Below are positions 48,345 through 62,000 of a DNA stretch of 64,000 bases, piece after piece. This DNA comes from Hypanus sabinus (lineage: Eukaryota). The first letter of the stretch is position 1; each line of letters begins with the position of its first letter. The stretch covers positions 60,140,001 to 60,204,000 of the forward strand of contig NC_082711.1 in NCBI RefSeq assembly GCF_030144855.1, read 5' to 3'. The position numbers and the translations under genes were made by a program. Under the pieces are notes generated by a model. That model saw only the letters and a list, made by a program, of their open reading frames with translations, did no database searches and was not told where the DNA came from.

Positions 48345-51027
48345 TGGGAGCGTGGATTTAATGGTAAGAAATGATATTAAATCATTAGAAAGAGTTGACA
48401 TAGGATTGGAAGGTACAGAATCTTTATGGGTTGAGCTAAGAAATCGCAGGGGTAATAGGACCCTAATGGCAGTTACCTACAGGCCTCCAAACAGCTGCAG
48501 TGATGTGGACTACAAATTACAACAGGAAATAGAAAAGGCTTGCCAGAAGGGCAGTGTTATGATAATTGTAACATGCGAGTGGATTGGGAAAATCAGGTCA
48601 GCACTGGATCTCAAGAGAGAGAATTTGTAGAATGTCTACGAGATGGCTTTTTAGAACAGCTTGTTGTTGAGCCCACTAGGGGATCGGCTGTACTGGGTTG
48701 GGTATTGTGTAACGAACCAGAGGTGATTAGAGAGATGGAAGTGAAGGAACCCTTAGGAGGCAGTGATCATAACATGATTGAGTTCACTGTGAAATTTGAG
48801 AAAGAGAAGTCGAAATCCGATGTGCCAGTATTTCAGTGGAGTAAAGGAAATTACAGTGGCATGAGAGAGGAAATGGCCAAGGTTGACTGGAAAGGGACAC
48901 TAGTGGGAAGGATGGCAGAGCAGCCGTAGCTGGAGTTTATGCGAGAAGTGAAGAAGGTGCAAGACAGATATATTCCAAAGAAGAAGAAATTTTCGAATGG
49001 AAAAAGGATGCAATCATGGCTGACAAGGGAAGTCAAAGCCAAAGTAAAAGCAAAACAGAGGGCATACAAGGAAGCAAAAATTAGTGAGAAGACAGAGGAT
49101 TAGGAAGTTTTTAAAAGCTGACAAAAGGAAACTAAGAAGGCCATTAAGAGGGAAAAGATGAACTATGAAAGGAAGCTAGCAAATAATATCAAAGAGGATA
49201 CTAAAAGCTTTTTCAAGTATATAAAGAGTAAAAGACAGATGAGAGTAGATATAGGACCGATAGAAAATGATGCTGGAGAAATTGTAATGGGAGATAAGGA
49301 GTTGGCGGAGGAATTGAATGAGTATTTTGCATCAGTCTTCACTAGGAAGACGTCAGCAGTATAACGGACATTCAAGGGTGTCAGGGAAGACAAGTATGTG
49401 CAGTCACAATTACGACAGAGAAAGTACTCAGGAAGCTGAATAGTCCAAGGGTAGATAAATCTCCTGGGCCAGATGGAATGCACCCTCGTGTTCTGAAGGA
49501 AGTAGCAGAATCATTAGCAATGATCTTTCAAAAGTCGATAGATTCTGGCCTGGTTCTGGAAGACTGGAAGATTGCAAATGTCACTCCGCTATTTAAGAAG
49601 GGGGCAAGGAAGCAAAAAGGAAATTATAGACCTGTTAGCTTGACATCGGTGGTTGGGAAGTTGTTGGAGTCGATTGTCAAGGATGAGGTTACGGAGTACC
49701 TGGAGGCATATGACAAGAGAGGCAGAACTCAGAATGGTTCCCTTAAAGGAAAATCCTGCCTGACAAACCTAGTGCAATTTTTTGAGGAAATTACAAGTAG
49801 GCTAGACAAGGGAGATGCAGTGGATGTTGTGTATTTGGATTTTCAGAAGGCCTTTGACAAGGTGCCGCACATGAAGCTGCTAAACAAGATAAGAGCCCAT
49901 GGAATTACGGGAAAGTTACATACGTGGATAGAGTTTTGGTTGATTGGCAGGAAACAGAGAGTGGGAATAAAGGGATCCCATTCTGTTTGGCTGCCAGTTA
50001 CCAGTGGTGTTCCACAGGAGTCCATGTTGGGGCCGCTTCTTTTTATGTTGTATATCAACGATTCGGAGTATGGAATAGATGGCTTTGTGGCTAAGTTTGC
50101 TGATGATACAAAGATAGGTGGAGGGGCTGGTAGTGCTGAGGAAACAGAGAGTCTGCAGAGGGACTTGGATAGATTGGGGGAATGGGCAAAGAAGTGGCAA
50201 ATGAATTACAATGCCGGAAAGTGTATGGTCATGCACTTTGATAGAAGAAATAAACGGGCAAACTATTATTTAAATGTGGAGAGAATTCAAAGTTCTGAGA
50301 TGCAATGGGACTTGGGAGTCCTCGTGCAGGATACCATGAGGGTTAACCTCCAGGTAGAGTCGGTGGTGAAGAAGGCGAATGCAATGTTGGCGTTCATTTC
50401 TAGAGCAATAGAGTATAGGAGCAGGGATGTGATGTTGAGGCTCTATAAGGCACTGGTAAGACCTCACTTGAAATACTGTGTGCAGTTTTGGGATCCTTAG
50501 TTAAGAAAGGATCTGCTGACGTTGGAGAGGGTTCAGAGAAGATTCACTAGAATTATTCCAAAATGAGAAGGTTAACATATGAGGAACATTTGACTGCTTT
50601 TGGACTGTACTCCTTGGCGTTTGGAAGAATGAGGGAGGACCTCATAGAAACATTTTGAATGCTGAAAGGCATGGACAGAGTGGATGTGGCAAAGTTGTTT
50701 CCCACGGTGGGGGAGTCTAGTACAAGAGGGCATGGCTTGAGGATTGCAGGGCACCCATTCAGAACAGAGATGTGAAGAAAGATTTTTAGCCAGAGGGTGG
50801 TGAATATGTGGAATTTGTTGCCACGGGCGGCAGTGGAGGCCAAGTCATTGGGTGTATTTAAGGCAGAGATTGATAGCTATCTGAGTAGTCAGGGCATCAA
50901 AGGTTACGGTGAGAAGGCAGGGGAATGGGACTAAAGGGGAGATTGGATCAGCTCATGATGAAATGGCAGAGCAGACTCGATGGGCTGAATGGCCGACTTC
51001 TACTCCTTTGTCTTATGGTTATGGTCA
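48345..51027 (+). mobile_element. CR1 LINE ORF2 (APE + RT) and 3' tail, disrupted
   Basis: ESLWVELRN...YRPPNS, GGSDHNMI, 340-aa RT ORF at 49478-50500 ([31 protein letters not shown]), tail ...cttatggttatgg. Confidence 0.95.
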
Positions 51028-51034
51028 ATTTGGA

Positions 51035-52360
51035 AGAAAGATGACCAGTTCATCCCAAAGAGGATGCATCCTAAAGGGAGGATGAGGCAACCATGGCTGA
51101 TAAGGAAAGTCGAAGAGAGCATAAAATCAAATGAGAGGGCATCTAATATAGCAACATTATTTGGAAGCTAGAGGACTGGGAAGCTTTTCTAATCAACTTA
51201 AGCCAAATAAAAAAGCAATAAGGAGAGAAAAGATGAAATATGAAGCCAATAATATAAAATATGATAGCAACAGTTTTTATTTTCAGATATTTAAAGAGTA
51301 AAAGAAAAGTAAGAGTGGATATCAGATTGCTAAAAGATGACACTGGAGAGGGAATAATGAGAAATTAAGAAATGGTGGTTGAATTTCAGAAGTACTTTGC
51401 ATTAGTCTTCACAGTGAAAGATACCAGCAGCACGGCACAAATTTGAGTGTCAGGGAGCAGAAGTGGGTGTAGTCACTACTAATAATGAAAAGGTTCTTGC
51501 GAAACTGAAAAATCTGAAGGTAGGTAAGTCACCTAGACCAGGTGGACTACACCCCATGGTTCAGACAGAGGCAGATGAAAAGATTGTGGAGGCATTTGTA
51601 GTGATCTTTCAAGCATCGCTAGATTCAGGAATGGACCCGAAGGATTGGAAAATTGCTAATGTCACTCCACTCTTTAAGCCCACATACCCCATCACCACTC
51701 TTTATCATTTCCTGTCAGAGTCAACTTATGTACAAAGACTCCTGTGACATATAATCACTAACATATGATTAATCTAAGCATATAAGCTATCTTGTGTATT
51801 TATATTTATTGTGTTTATTAATTACAGTGTTTTTTATCTTGTGTAATTTTTGTGCTGCTTGGATCTGGAGTAACAATTACTTTGTTCTCCTTTACGCTTG
51901 TGTGGTGGAAATGACATTAAACATTTTGGAAGATCTTGAAACTTGAAGAATGGAAGAAGGGAAAAAACCTAGGAAATTGTAGGCCAGTTAGACTAAAGTC
52001 AATGAACATTAGAGTCCTTTATTAAGGATGAGAGCAGAAAAAGTTTACAAGGATGTTGTTAGGGTACCTGGAGGCACATGATGAAATAGGCAAAGTCCGG
52101 ATGGTTTCCTTAAGGGGAAATCTGTGGAATTATTTGAGGAAGCAATAGGCAGGATAAAGGAGAGTCACTGGATGTTATTTACTTGGATTTTCTGATGGCC
52201 TTTGACAAGGTCCAGAGGAGGTTCACAAGAATAATTCTGCAGTTGGAGAGGTTGCTGTATGAGGAACATTTTATGGTTCTGGGTGTGTATTTGGTGGATT
52301 TTAGAGTGCGAGGAGTTCTAGTGAAACCTACTGAATATTGATAGGGTAAATGTGGAATGT
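51035..52360 (+). mobile_element. Second, older CR1 ORF2 fragment with a Rex-type 3'UTR insertion (~51677-51930)
   Basis: KSPRPGGLHP...DWKIANVTPLFK. The insert matches the 3'UTR at 63880-64000 (tcatttcctgtcagagt...cttatgt). Confidence 0.8.
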
Positions 52361-53170
52361 TTCTTTTAAATCTTTCCTCTCTCACCTTCAACCTTTTCCC
52401 TCTTGTTCTTGATTCCTGTTTCTGGGGAAGATGATTGCGTACATTCACCTATCAATGCCCATCATGATTTGATAAACCTTTAGAAGATCATCTCTGAGTC
52501 TCCTGTGCTCCAAGGAATAATGTCCGAGCCTGTTCATTCTTCCCCTATAAATCTGTCCTTCAGATCCTGACAACATCCTTGTAAACTTTTACTACACTCT
52601 ATCCAGTTTCCTGAAGTTTAACACTGTGACCGCCACAGTAGCGTAGTGGTTAGTTAGCATAACACTATTACAGGCATCAGAGTTCTGAGTTCAATCCTGG
52701 CACTCTCTGTAAGGAGTTTGCATGTCCTCCCCGTTTTCTCCTGATGCCCTTGTTTTCTTCCACTGTCCAAAGATGTACTGCTTAGTAGGTGAATTGGTCA
52801 TTGTAAATAGTCCTGTGATTAGGCTAGGGTTAAATCAAAGATTACTGAGCAGTCTGGTTCGAAGGGAATATTCCATACTGTATCTCTAAATAAGTATATA
52901 TTTCCTTTTGTGGGTGACCAATTCAGAACACAATGTTCCAAGTGGAGTCACAGCAGCATCTTGTAAACTACACCATAACCTTCTAACTTTTATACTTAGC
53001 GCCTCGAGTTATTAAGGTTAACATGCCAAAAGCCGCCTTCATAAAGCTGTGACTCCACTTTCATTTGTACTCCAAGCCATTCCCAAGGGCCCCAATGTTC
53101 ATTGCAAAATTTCTACCCGGATTTAACTTTGCAAAATCCAACACTTCACACTTACCTGTATTATTAACTG
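52360..53170 (-). mobile_element. CR1 3' fragment interrupted by a V-SINE
   Basis: Reverse-complement CR1 3' ORF2 features on both sides of 52626-52893. Confidence 0.7.
52626..52893 (+). mobile_element. V-SINE (HE1-like), near full length
   Basis: A box tagcgtagtgg, B box gagttcaatcc, V domain tgtaaggagtttgcatgtcctcccc...ccaaagatgt...aattggtcattgtaaat, tail ctgtatctctaaataa. Confidence 0.8.
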
Positions 53171-53519
53171 ATCTGCTCACCAGCCCTTTAATTACAATAT
53201 TGCTCCTTATCCGAATAGAAATTAAAATTTAGTGGTTTAAGTTGCTTAAGCTGATTAATAATTGTTTCAATAATCTAATATTTAAATATTTAAAGTAAAT
53301 TTGAATGAAATACTAAAGTATTGCTTAAAATGGAGAAAATTTAAAATTTTAAACCTATGAACTCACTTACAAAAACTCTACAACTCATTCTCAGTATTTT
53401 CCATTCGCTTTTTTACTTTTTTTGTTTTTGCATAGTTTGTCTTCTTTTCCACATTGGTTATTTGTCAGTTTTGTTTGTGTGTAGTTTTTCATTGATTATT
53501 GTACTTTATTGTATTTCCA

Positions 53520-54180
53520 TGTGGCTAACATACATTACCTTACCCTCATCAACAATCTTTATCACCTCCTCAAAAAATGTCATGAAATTTGTGACAGGTG
53601 CTCCCCTGCATAAAGCCATGCTAACTATCCCTAATAAAGTCCATGCTTTTCCAAATGCAAGTTAATCCTGTTCTCATAAAGGGAGTCACAGTCAATATTG
53701 GGAAAATTAAAATCACCCATTACAATTACCCTTTTGTTTTATTTCTTTTCATCTGCCTCTATGTCTGTACCTTGATCTCCAAAATGCCATTGGAAGTTTT
53801 GTAGTTTAAACTTCATAATAAGTGCACCTTTCTTATGCCTGAGCTCTACCTATATTGCTTCCCTAGATGAGCACTCCAAGATATCCTCTCTAAGTGCAGA
53901 TGTGAAATTCTCACTAAATGGCAATGCAACTCCCCATCTCTTTTCCATCTCTGTCTATTGTATCTGAACCATCTAAACTCTGGAATATTGAGCTGTCAGT
54001 TCTGCCACTGTCTCAATCAAGTTTCTGTAATAGCAACAACATTATAGCTCCACGTATAATCCAGACTCTGAACTCACATGCTTCACTAATTATACTCCTT
54101 GAATTAAAATAAATATGTTTCAGTCAAGTCCACCATGTTTATTAACCTGGCCCTTGTCTATCCTTCCTTCCAGTCTAACA
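53520..54180 (-). mobile_element. Degraded CR1 fragments (RT and APE)
   Basis: Minus strand gives SMALCRG...TNFMTFFEEVIK and ttaattttcccaatattgact (GDFNFPNID region). Confidence 0.65.
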
Positions 54181-54189
54181 TTGATGATG

Positions 54190-55742
54190 AAACATCTCAA
54201 CTCCTGCCTTGGATCTGCTTCAGTTTGCATTCCATCACAGTGGGTCATTAGTAGATACCATTTTATTGGCTCTTCACTCAGCTCTGCAACATCTGGACAG
54301 TGAAGATGCAAACATCAGGATGCTTTTCATTGATATTGGCTGAACATTCAATACTATCGTCCCTCAGAGCTAATCACTAAGCTCAAAGATCTGGGTCTCA
54401 CAATACCTCCTTGTGCAAATGGATCCTCTACTTTCTCACCTGTAGTCATCATGGATTGCCAACAATATCTCCTCCATAATCACCATCATCACAGGTGTAC
54501 CAGGCAGCTGTGTGCTCAGTAAGCTCCTCCACTCACTTTATACTTATGACTGTGGCTAATTTCAGCTCCAATGACATATTTAAGTTGCTGACAATGCCAC
54601 TGTTATTGGCTGAAATAAAGGTGGCATATAGAAGGGAGATTGAAAATCTGAACTGCGATTTCTTCAGTCTGCACCCTGTAATTTTCCTTTTAAGGATGTT
54701 CTTTTGAACTGACTGAATGACTTGGTGCTTTTGCGATCTCCTGGGAGATTCAGCGAACTCAATTTTTGAGAGTGGAGGTGCAGCTGTATGACTGGGGTGG
54801 CCATGGAGGCTAAGTCAAGGTCTGATGGTGGAAGACAAACCCACAGTCAGTTCCATTACTCTTCACCGATTAATACAGTGAGCAAGACTGAAATCATCAA
54901 GGAGGAGAGCGGAAAACTAACATGTGTTCAGTGCTGTGGGCTTGCATTTGACCAGTCCTCCTCTCTTCTCACTACTACCATTGAACAGGAGGTGCAGGAA
55001 TCTTGGTTGCCACACTACCAGGTTCAGGAGCAGTTGTTGCCCTGCAGCCATCAGGCAGGAGGTATAGGAATCTTGGGTGCCACACTACCAGGTTGGGAGA
55101 AGTTGTTGCTCAGCAGCCATCGGGCTCCGCAGCTGTGGACTCACTTTCAGGACTGTTTACTTCATGCTCCATGTGTTTTTGTTTACTTTTTGCACTCATC
55201 TCAGTGCTGAACTGATTCCGTGGCTTTGGCCTGCAAGCATTGGCGTTCAACTCAGCACTGAACTCATTCATTGGCCATGGCTTGCAACCATTGGTGCTCG
55301 TCTCAGCACTGAACTCATTCATTGGCCATGGCTTGCAACCATTGGTGCTCATCTCAGCACAGAACTGATTCATTGGCTGTGGCCTGAAGCTATCAGGCTC
55401 CTGGAGGCTTCACCTGCCTTGCTCCAAGGTCATGGGTTCACTTTTGGGGGCTCCACGGTTGATGATCTGTGTGTAATTTGTTAACATTTTTATTATTTGC
55501 GTAATTGATTCTTGTTTGCACATTGGGTGTTTGACAGTCTTTGTTGTGTGTATTTTACTGGATTCTATCCTTGTTTCTTTGGCTGCTTGCAAGAAGACAA
55601 ATCTCAAGACTGTATACAGCAAACATACTTTGATAATAAATGTACATTGAGCTTCGAATGCTGATAATAAACCTGATTCTGATAATGAACCTCAAGGTAG
55701 AAAATGGTGGCATATACGTACTTTGATAACAAATTAACTCTG
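54190..55742 (+). mobile_element. Rex-Babar RT fragment with nested composite element copy 3 (~54655-55655)
   Basis: RMLFID...FNTIVP, TYDC...FKLL remnants. The nested segment shares its head with copies 1 and 2. Two tails in tandem (55600-55655 and 55685-55742). Confidence 0.7.
55200..55390 (+). repeat. 51-bp minisatellite, ~3.7 copies
   Basis: Unit ctcagcactgaactcattcattggccatggcttgcaaccattggtgctc(g/a)t starting at 55200, 55251, 55302 and 55353. Confidence 0.9.
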
Positions 55743-56839
55743 ATTTTTCTAAACTAACCAAGATATCAATACATTTTGTATACTGTTTGACTTGTTTTAA
55801 CAGGACATCTATACAGCTTCCTTTGGAGATTTGACTTTTCTGGGACAACTGTAATTTTTGGGGTCATCTCACACCCTGTCATCTGGTCTGTGAAGGCAAT
55901 GTCATATAAAGTCAAGATATTCAAAAATCAGCCAGGACCTTAAGTTTTCTCCTGTTTGTCATGCCATGTTGTCACTGCTGCTAATGAAAAGATGTTTCAC
56001 TGAAGTACATATATAAGGTCATGATTAATGCAATAACTACACCAGATGCTATTTGGTGCCTTTGCAGACCTGAAGGCAAGCACAGTGGTATCAAGAGAAA
56101 AGGTCAGAAGACAGCGTGATTTGCATGCAGACTGCTGTTTAAAATGTTAAATTGGTTGGAAGCACAAATTATTTCAAAGAAGCAAATTAAAGAAAAAGAT
56201 CAGGAAGAAATCCACATCATCCGAGATCAGTGTGCATGATCCATATCTGGCCAGTTACCCATTAATCGATGTAGTAGTCTGACTCATGGACCATGTAGCC
56301 AAGCATGTAAAGTGAAGAAATGCATTAATTACTCTTTTTCACCATACATCAGGTTTTCTGGTAATAACATCTTCAATTTTTACTTATCTTTGATCACCAC
56401 TGATTGGAATGTTATTATGCATACGATCCTCATAATAATAGATCAATAAACTGAATTTAGTGATAATAGGTATTTGTTTCAAATGAGACCACAGGACCAG
56501 TTTAATCATTAAACATAACTGAAAGAAATAAAAAAAACAAAGCATCTGATGGTTCTGCTATTGAAGAAAATGCATGGTTTTGCTATTGAATTGAACTAGC
56601 AGAAGTTTAATTCCTGGTAGATATTGCATTAATTATTTTGTACTGAAGAAAGTAGTTGGACATTGAACTGGTATCTCTGTCTCTGAACAATATGGTAGAA
56701 AGTGATCAGAAGTCTGCCAGGATCCTACTGAATAATGGATAAGGGCAGGACTGAACTTAGGTTTGATAGTGTCAAACAGGTTGATGATACTACCTGCTTC
56801 ATATTAAGATTGATTATTTAGTTCAGCTGTGTTCTCTTT

Positions 56840-57392
56840 AGAGTCAGAGTTAAACAGAACAGAAATGTGCCCTTTTGCCCAAGCTACTTGTGCTGCTCGA
56901 GATACTTATCTGAGTTTATTCCCATTTCTAGGCCTGTGCTTTCTTGTACCTTTCTAGGCCTTTTCCATCTATGTACCTGTCCAAATGTCTATAAGCTTTG
57001 TAATTGTCTTCATCTCTACAGTATTCTCTGACAGATTGTTCCATATACCAACCAGCCTCTGTGCGAAAAGAAATGCCCCTCAGTTCCCTTTAAATCTTTA
57101 CTCACTCATCTCTAGTGTTAAACTCTGTCACCTTGGGAAAAAATGTGATCATCTCCCTTATATACTCCTATAAGGTCACCTCGCAACTTCCTACACACCA
57201 GGGAAAATATTTCAGTTTATCCAGCCTCTTCTTAAAGCTAAAGGCCTCTAGTCACAGTAACAATCTTGTAAAATTTTTTTGCATCCCTTCTAACTTAATG
57301 GCATCTTTCCTATTGTCGGCTAACAAGAACTGTACACATTATAGTGTGGTCTCACCAATGCCTCGTAAAGTTGAAAGGTGACATACCATTCT
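56840..57392 (-). mobile_element. CR1 3' fragment
   Basis: FQLYEALVRPHY on the minus strand, followed by a CR1 3' region. Confidence 0.75.
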
Positions 57393-57914
57393 GTATTTAG
57401 ACTTTCAGGAGAAAGAGGAAAAGAAGGAAGTAAATTTGTTTTGGGAGTTATACTGCAATGCTTTATTTTAAAAATGTACCCAGGTATTAATTTGTCATGG
57501 AGCTCTCTCCATGATGTGGCATTTTCCCATGTGTTACATTGAACCATTTACCATAAAAGAGATTATCTGATGATTGGAATATAATTGCTATCAAAAGTCA
57601 ATAGGGTTTGTAGGTTCTACATGATTGAAGCTTTTGTAATATTACATCAGTGAATGCATACACCTGCAGCTTAAATACTCTACTCTGCTAGCAATGTCTA
57701 TCAAAATACTTTTTATTCTTCCTTATAATGTCAGGCTTGAAATGGCTCTGACAACCTATAATTTACTCAATAGTCTCTTTACAAAATAAAAAGTAGTTAC
57801 TGTAATGACCACTCGTTGATCTATGAAATGAGCTTTATGGTGCTTTTTCGAATGATTTATTTCAGGTTTTCCTAAATAGAAAAGGAGCCCATTTGTCCTA
57901 TCAGTTACAGGCCT

Positions 57915-59027
57915 GATTAGAAAAAAACAAAGTTTTATTTTTGTCAAAAATAAAAGCTCAAAGTTGTTTTACTGTGCTATAAAATATATGTAAATTTACA
58001 TTCCAATAAAAAATCATCGGTATTACACAAATTCCACAAAGTTCAGTAAACATTACATCTTTTCATCAGTCTGTTCTGTCATAATTTATTTCCAAGTTCT
58101 GTCATACCACAATTATTATTTTTCAGGACAGTATATTATACAGACACCTGTGTTTAAATCCTAACAAATTTCAAGACAAATATACAATACATTGAATAAA
58201 AAGATAATATACCTGGTTGGGAGAATATAGTACAGAATTTTACTTCTAAAGTATAGTACTTTACTGTATTGACGTTATTTACATAAGGAATTATGTTATA
58301 TACTGTACATTATCATTCATTGATAGAACAAAATTTATTATGGAAAAATATTATTGCATTATACAGTACAATAATTCCATATTACATGGAAAAAACCTAA
58401 ACAATAGCACTGGATTTAGAGCATCCAGTCCAATTCTACCCACGTACACTGTACTCTGCATATTTTTTTTACACAAAATACAAATGCCTTGAAGATTTTT
58501 TTCCAGTTTAAACTAAAGCCTAAATAACTATTAACAGCATAATTACAATGTGATACAGTCAAGGTAACAAAAAGATAATATATCTGAAAAAACTGGTGGA
58601 AAGTGTGATAAAAATTACACATTTTGATTTTGAAGGGCTTGAAGGATTTAAAATAAAGAAAATGGATTGCTGGACCAGTGTTCTAACAAGAATTGTTCTC
58701 TCCTGAGGGCAAATTGGAAGAGAACATCTGGAAAACGCTATGACACTTCCACTTAATTATCATTATTATAAAGTCAGATGGAAGCTATGACACAGAAATC
58801 TATTCTAATGCACAGGGCATTGATGCTCACCATCTAATAACTTCATTCATAGAAAGCTAAACTTCAATAGGGACTCAGGTAGGAAATTTTAGATTAGAAA
58901 CATCAAACAAAACTGTAGAAATAAAGAGAGTTATAGCATATTTGTTTCAGCAGCTGAATGCACACAAGTTTGCCACCGTGAATGAATATCCTAACATTTT
59001 AATTGCTGTAGACTTCAGCTGCTTGTC
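57915..59027 (-). other. Probable 3'UTR of the ZNF804/GPATCH8-family gene
   Basis: Repeat-free AU-rich stretch after the stop codon; Pumilio element TGTAAATA at 58276-58283(-); AATAAA at 57934-57939(-). Confidence 0.55.
57934..57939 (-). terminator. Candidate polyadenylation signal AATAAA
   Basis: Minus strand ...caaaAATAAAactttgtttttttct, with upstream TGTA elements; an alternative AATAAA lies at ~57712-57717. Confidence 0.45.
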
Positions 59028-62000
59028 TCAAGTGCTTGGACCAGAGCGATGCTGCAGTTCGTGCCCTGGGAACAGCGGATGAAGCAAAGGGTGGAGGTGA
59101 ATAGCTGACGCAGCAGGGTGGGGAGCAAACAGTGTTGGGCAGAGGGCAGTGTGAGGCAGTGGGTGAAGTGCCAGGTGGGCTGGGTGGATGGCTGCTGCCG
59201 GGATGAAATGCAGTGGATGGCCGGCCAGGAAGGTGGCGGGGTGAGCGGGAATAATGGCTTGAGTGATTGGAGAGAAAGTAAAGGGTGCAACATGTGGCTG
59301 GGCGATGTGGTGAAGCTGAGACATCACTTGGTGATGGGCGCCAGGGTGGAGAGCAGCCGTGAGCGAGGCAGCAGCATGGTGCTGGAGCAGAGTGTGGTGA
59401 ACTGTGGTCACAGAAGAGGCAGTAGAAACAGAAGGCTGTTGAAGGGAAACTGGCTGAAATGCTGGTACTGGAGTGAAAGCAACTGCTGCTGCAGATGATG
59501 AGAAAGTTTTGACTTGTTTGGCAAGGAGCTGCTGCTGGATATGCTGTTGTGCCTGGAACTGTAATTTACTATATTTTTCCATTTCTTCCGGTAAGAAGAT
59601 TATGGGTTGACTTGCCAGAGGGGGTGAGATTGATTTAGAACATTCCTTGAATTGAGGGTCCATTTCATCAACACTCTGTGAGTTCGCGCCATAATAATCA
59701 AACACAATCTCTCCCAATGGAACTGAATTTATACTACTAGAATCGTAAAATGTCATTCGGGAATTCTTCTCTTTGACTGCTGTTGAACTATCAGTAAAAA
59801 CATCTGCAGTGGAAGAAACAACATTAGACATTTCTTCAGGGTCTGGAGTAATACTTTCGTCAGTAGCCTGTGCTTGGTATATTGAAAGACCAACCTTTTC
59901 TTTCTCAGCCATTTCTGATGCATTGCATGTTGAACTTTGATCAATGTCCACTTTATCCTCATGTGTTTCTTTGAACTCAAGACTTTCTTCCTGGGAGCCA
60001 GTAGACTGTGTTTCATTCCCATTCCATTCCAAGTGTTCAGGCTCATTCCCTTTGCTAATATTATCTTTTTTTGCACCTACTTTTTTTGATGCTGTTAACT
60101 TCCCAATTAAAGACCATAACGTCACATTATCCATAGAAGGGGGAAGCCTGGGACCAAAGTAAGCTTCTGGAGAATCCTTCGACTTCAGGCCCATTATACT
60201 TGATGCTGATTCTCTGGTGTCTGTTTTCCCTTCATTGTCCTTACATTGTTCATTTTCCAAAATTTGCTTTGCCACATGGGATTTTCTTTCATCTTGAATG
60301 AGTTCCTTCAATGGGAAAATAGAGCAACCAATGGTCATATTTCTCTGGAATAAACTAGGGGCAATGGGGCTATAATTCTGCATTGTATCTTCATTCTTTA
60401 TTATTCCACAGTGCTTTCCTGAACCTCTTTTTATTTCACTGTTGCAAAGTGATGACTTTATATGACAAACTCTGCCTTTTGAGAAAGATCTGTGCCTTGA
60501 TAGCTTTTTACTGGATATTTCATGCCTGCAATTGTCTGTATTTCTGGAACGCGACCTTCTCAAACTGGAACCTCTGCTGCTTTCTTGTCTGTTCTTACTA
60601 TGCCTTGACCTACTCCTATATCTACTTCTGCTCCTACTGTGGGGTTGTCTGCTTCTGGACTTCCTGCTCCTGCTATGTAATCGGCCTGTTCTGCTCATCT
60701 GCATCCTAATTTGGGCACTGCCTCGACTTCTGCTGTGACTGCCACTTCTTTTCCTGTGGTAATGATCATCATCAGAAGATAATGATGAACTTGAAGAGTA
60801 GCTGTGCTTTTTCTTCTTTTGTCTGGAATGACACTTGTAATGTGACCTATGATGCCTCTTGGAACAATACCGAGACCGGCTTTTGTTGCTGTATTCACTG
60901 GATCTATCAGAATAATTTCTGCTTCTGTGACTAGTTCTACTGTGATCACTTGAAGTATCAGAAGATGACCTCAATGATGAACCTTGTGAAGATGAATAGC
61001 TTCTGGATTTTCGACAGTCGCTTGAATTACTTTGTGAATCATCTTCGTAACTACAGTGAGAAAATGATCTCTGACTCTTTCTGTGATTCTCCTCAGTGCT
61101 GTCACTGTCATTAGTGTTGGAGATAAGACTGTCGTGTCTGGATTTGTGTGCCTTTCGATCTTCACATGATACTTGATTAATATTCAAAGGACTACTACTT
61201 GACACTTTCTGTTTTTTGTTGACTAAATCAACAGGAGGAATTGTCTGTTTATTGGTAATACTACTGCTAACTTGCTCTGGTTCCTCACTGGAATGGGCAT
61301 GTATGCCTTCTAAAGGTCGTTTCGGAATGAGTTTGGAATTCTTCCCTTCTTTCCAACTTCCTTCAGTATTCTGCAATCCGGGCTCTGTGACTTCCCATGC
61401 ATGTTTATCCTCTTTCCTCAGTCTTTTCTTTCTCTTCCTCACACGGCCAGAGTCTGATCTCTGTTTAGATTTTTTGCTGGATTGGTTGTGACTCTTTCGG
61501 CTCTTTGACTTGTGTGACACCACTGACTTCCCCCTATTTGGATCTTGCTCTTTTTCTGTACTTCCATTTTGTTCTGCAACTGTGCTTGAGCTATTATCTC
61601 CTTCAGTTGTAACGGCTGCATTTTGTTGGTAGTCCTTATTGTTTTTCCCCTCTGTGGCACCACTCTCTCTACTTTTATTTCGAGACAATTTAAAATCAAA
61701 ATACAAAGGATTGCAGCTGTATGATAGGGATGGTTCTGTCTGCGTGAAGAGTAAAAGTTCAGACGGCCACTGAAGTCTGGTTGATTCATCTTTACTTAGC
61801 ACTGATAGAAAGGGTTCAGTTATAATGTACGGCCTGTGTACTGGTTCTACCTTGCTCAATTTTCCTTGAGCAGGTATTGTGGCCTCAGTTTGTTTTTCAT
61901 TTGACCCTAATGTTTCTTCAGCTTTCATCTTGCAAACATCCTGATCCAGTGTTTTCCCTACCTCTTCTGTGTTTGTTTGTAGCTGAGCAGGAGAATTCAA

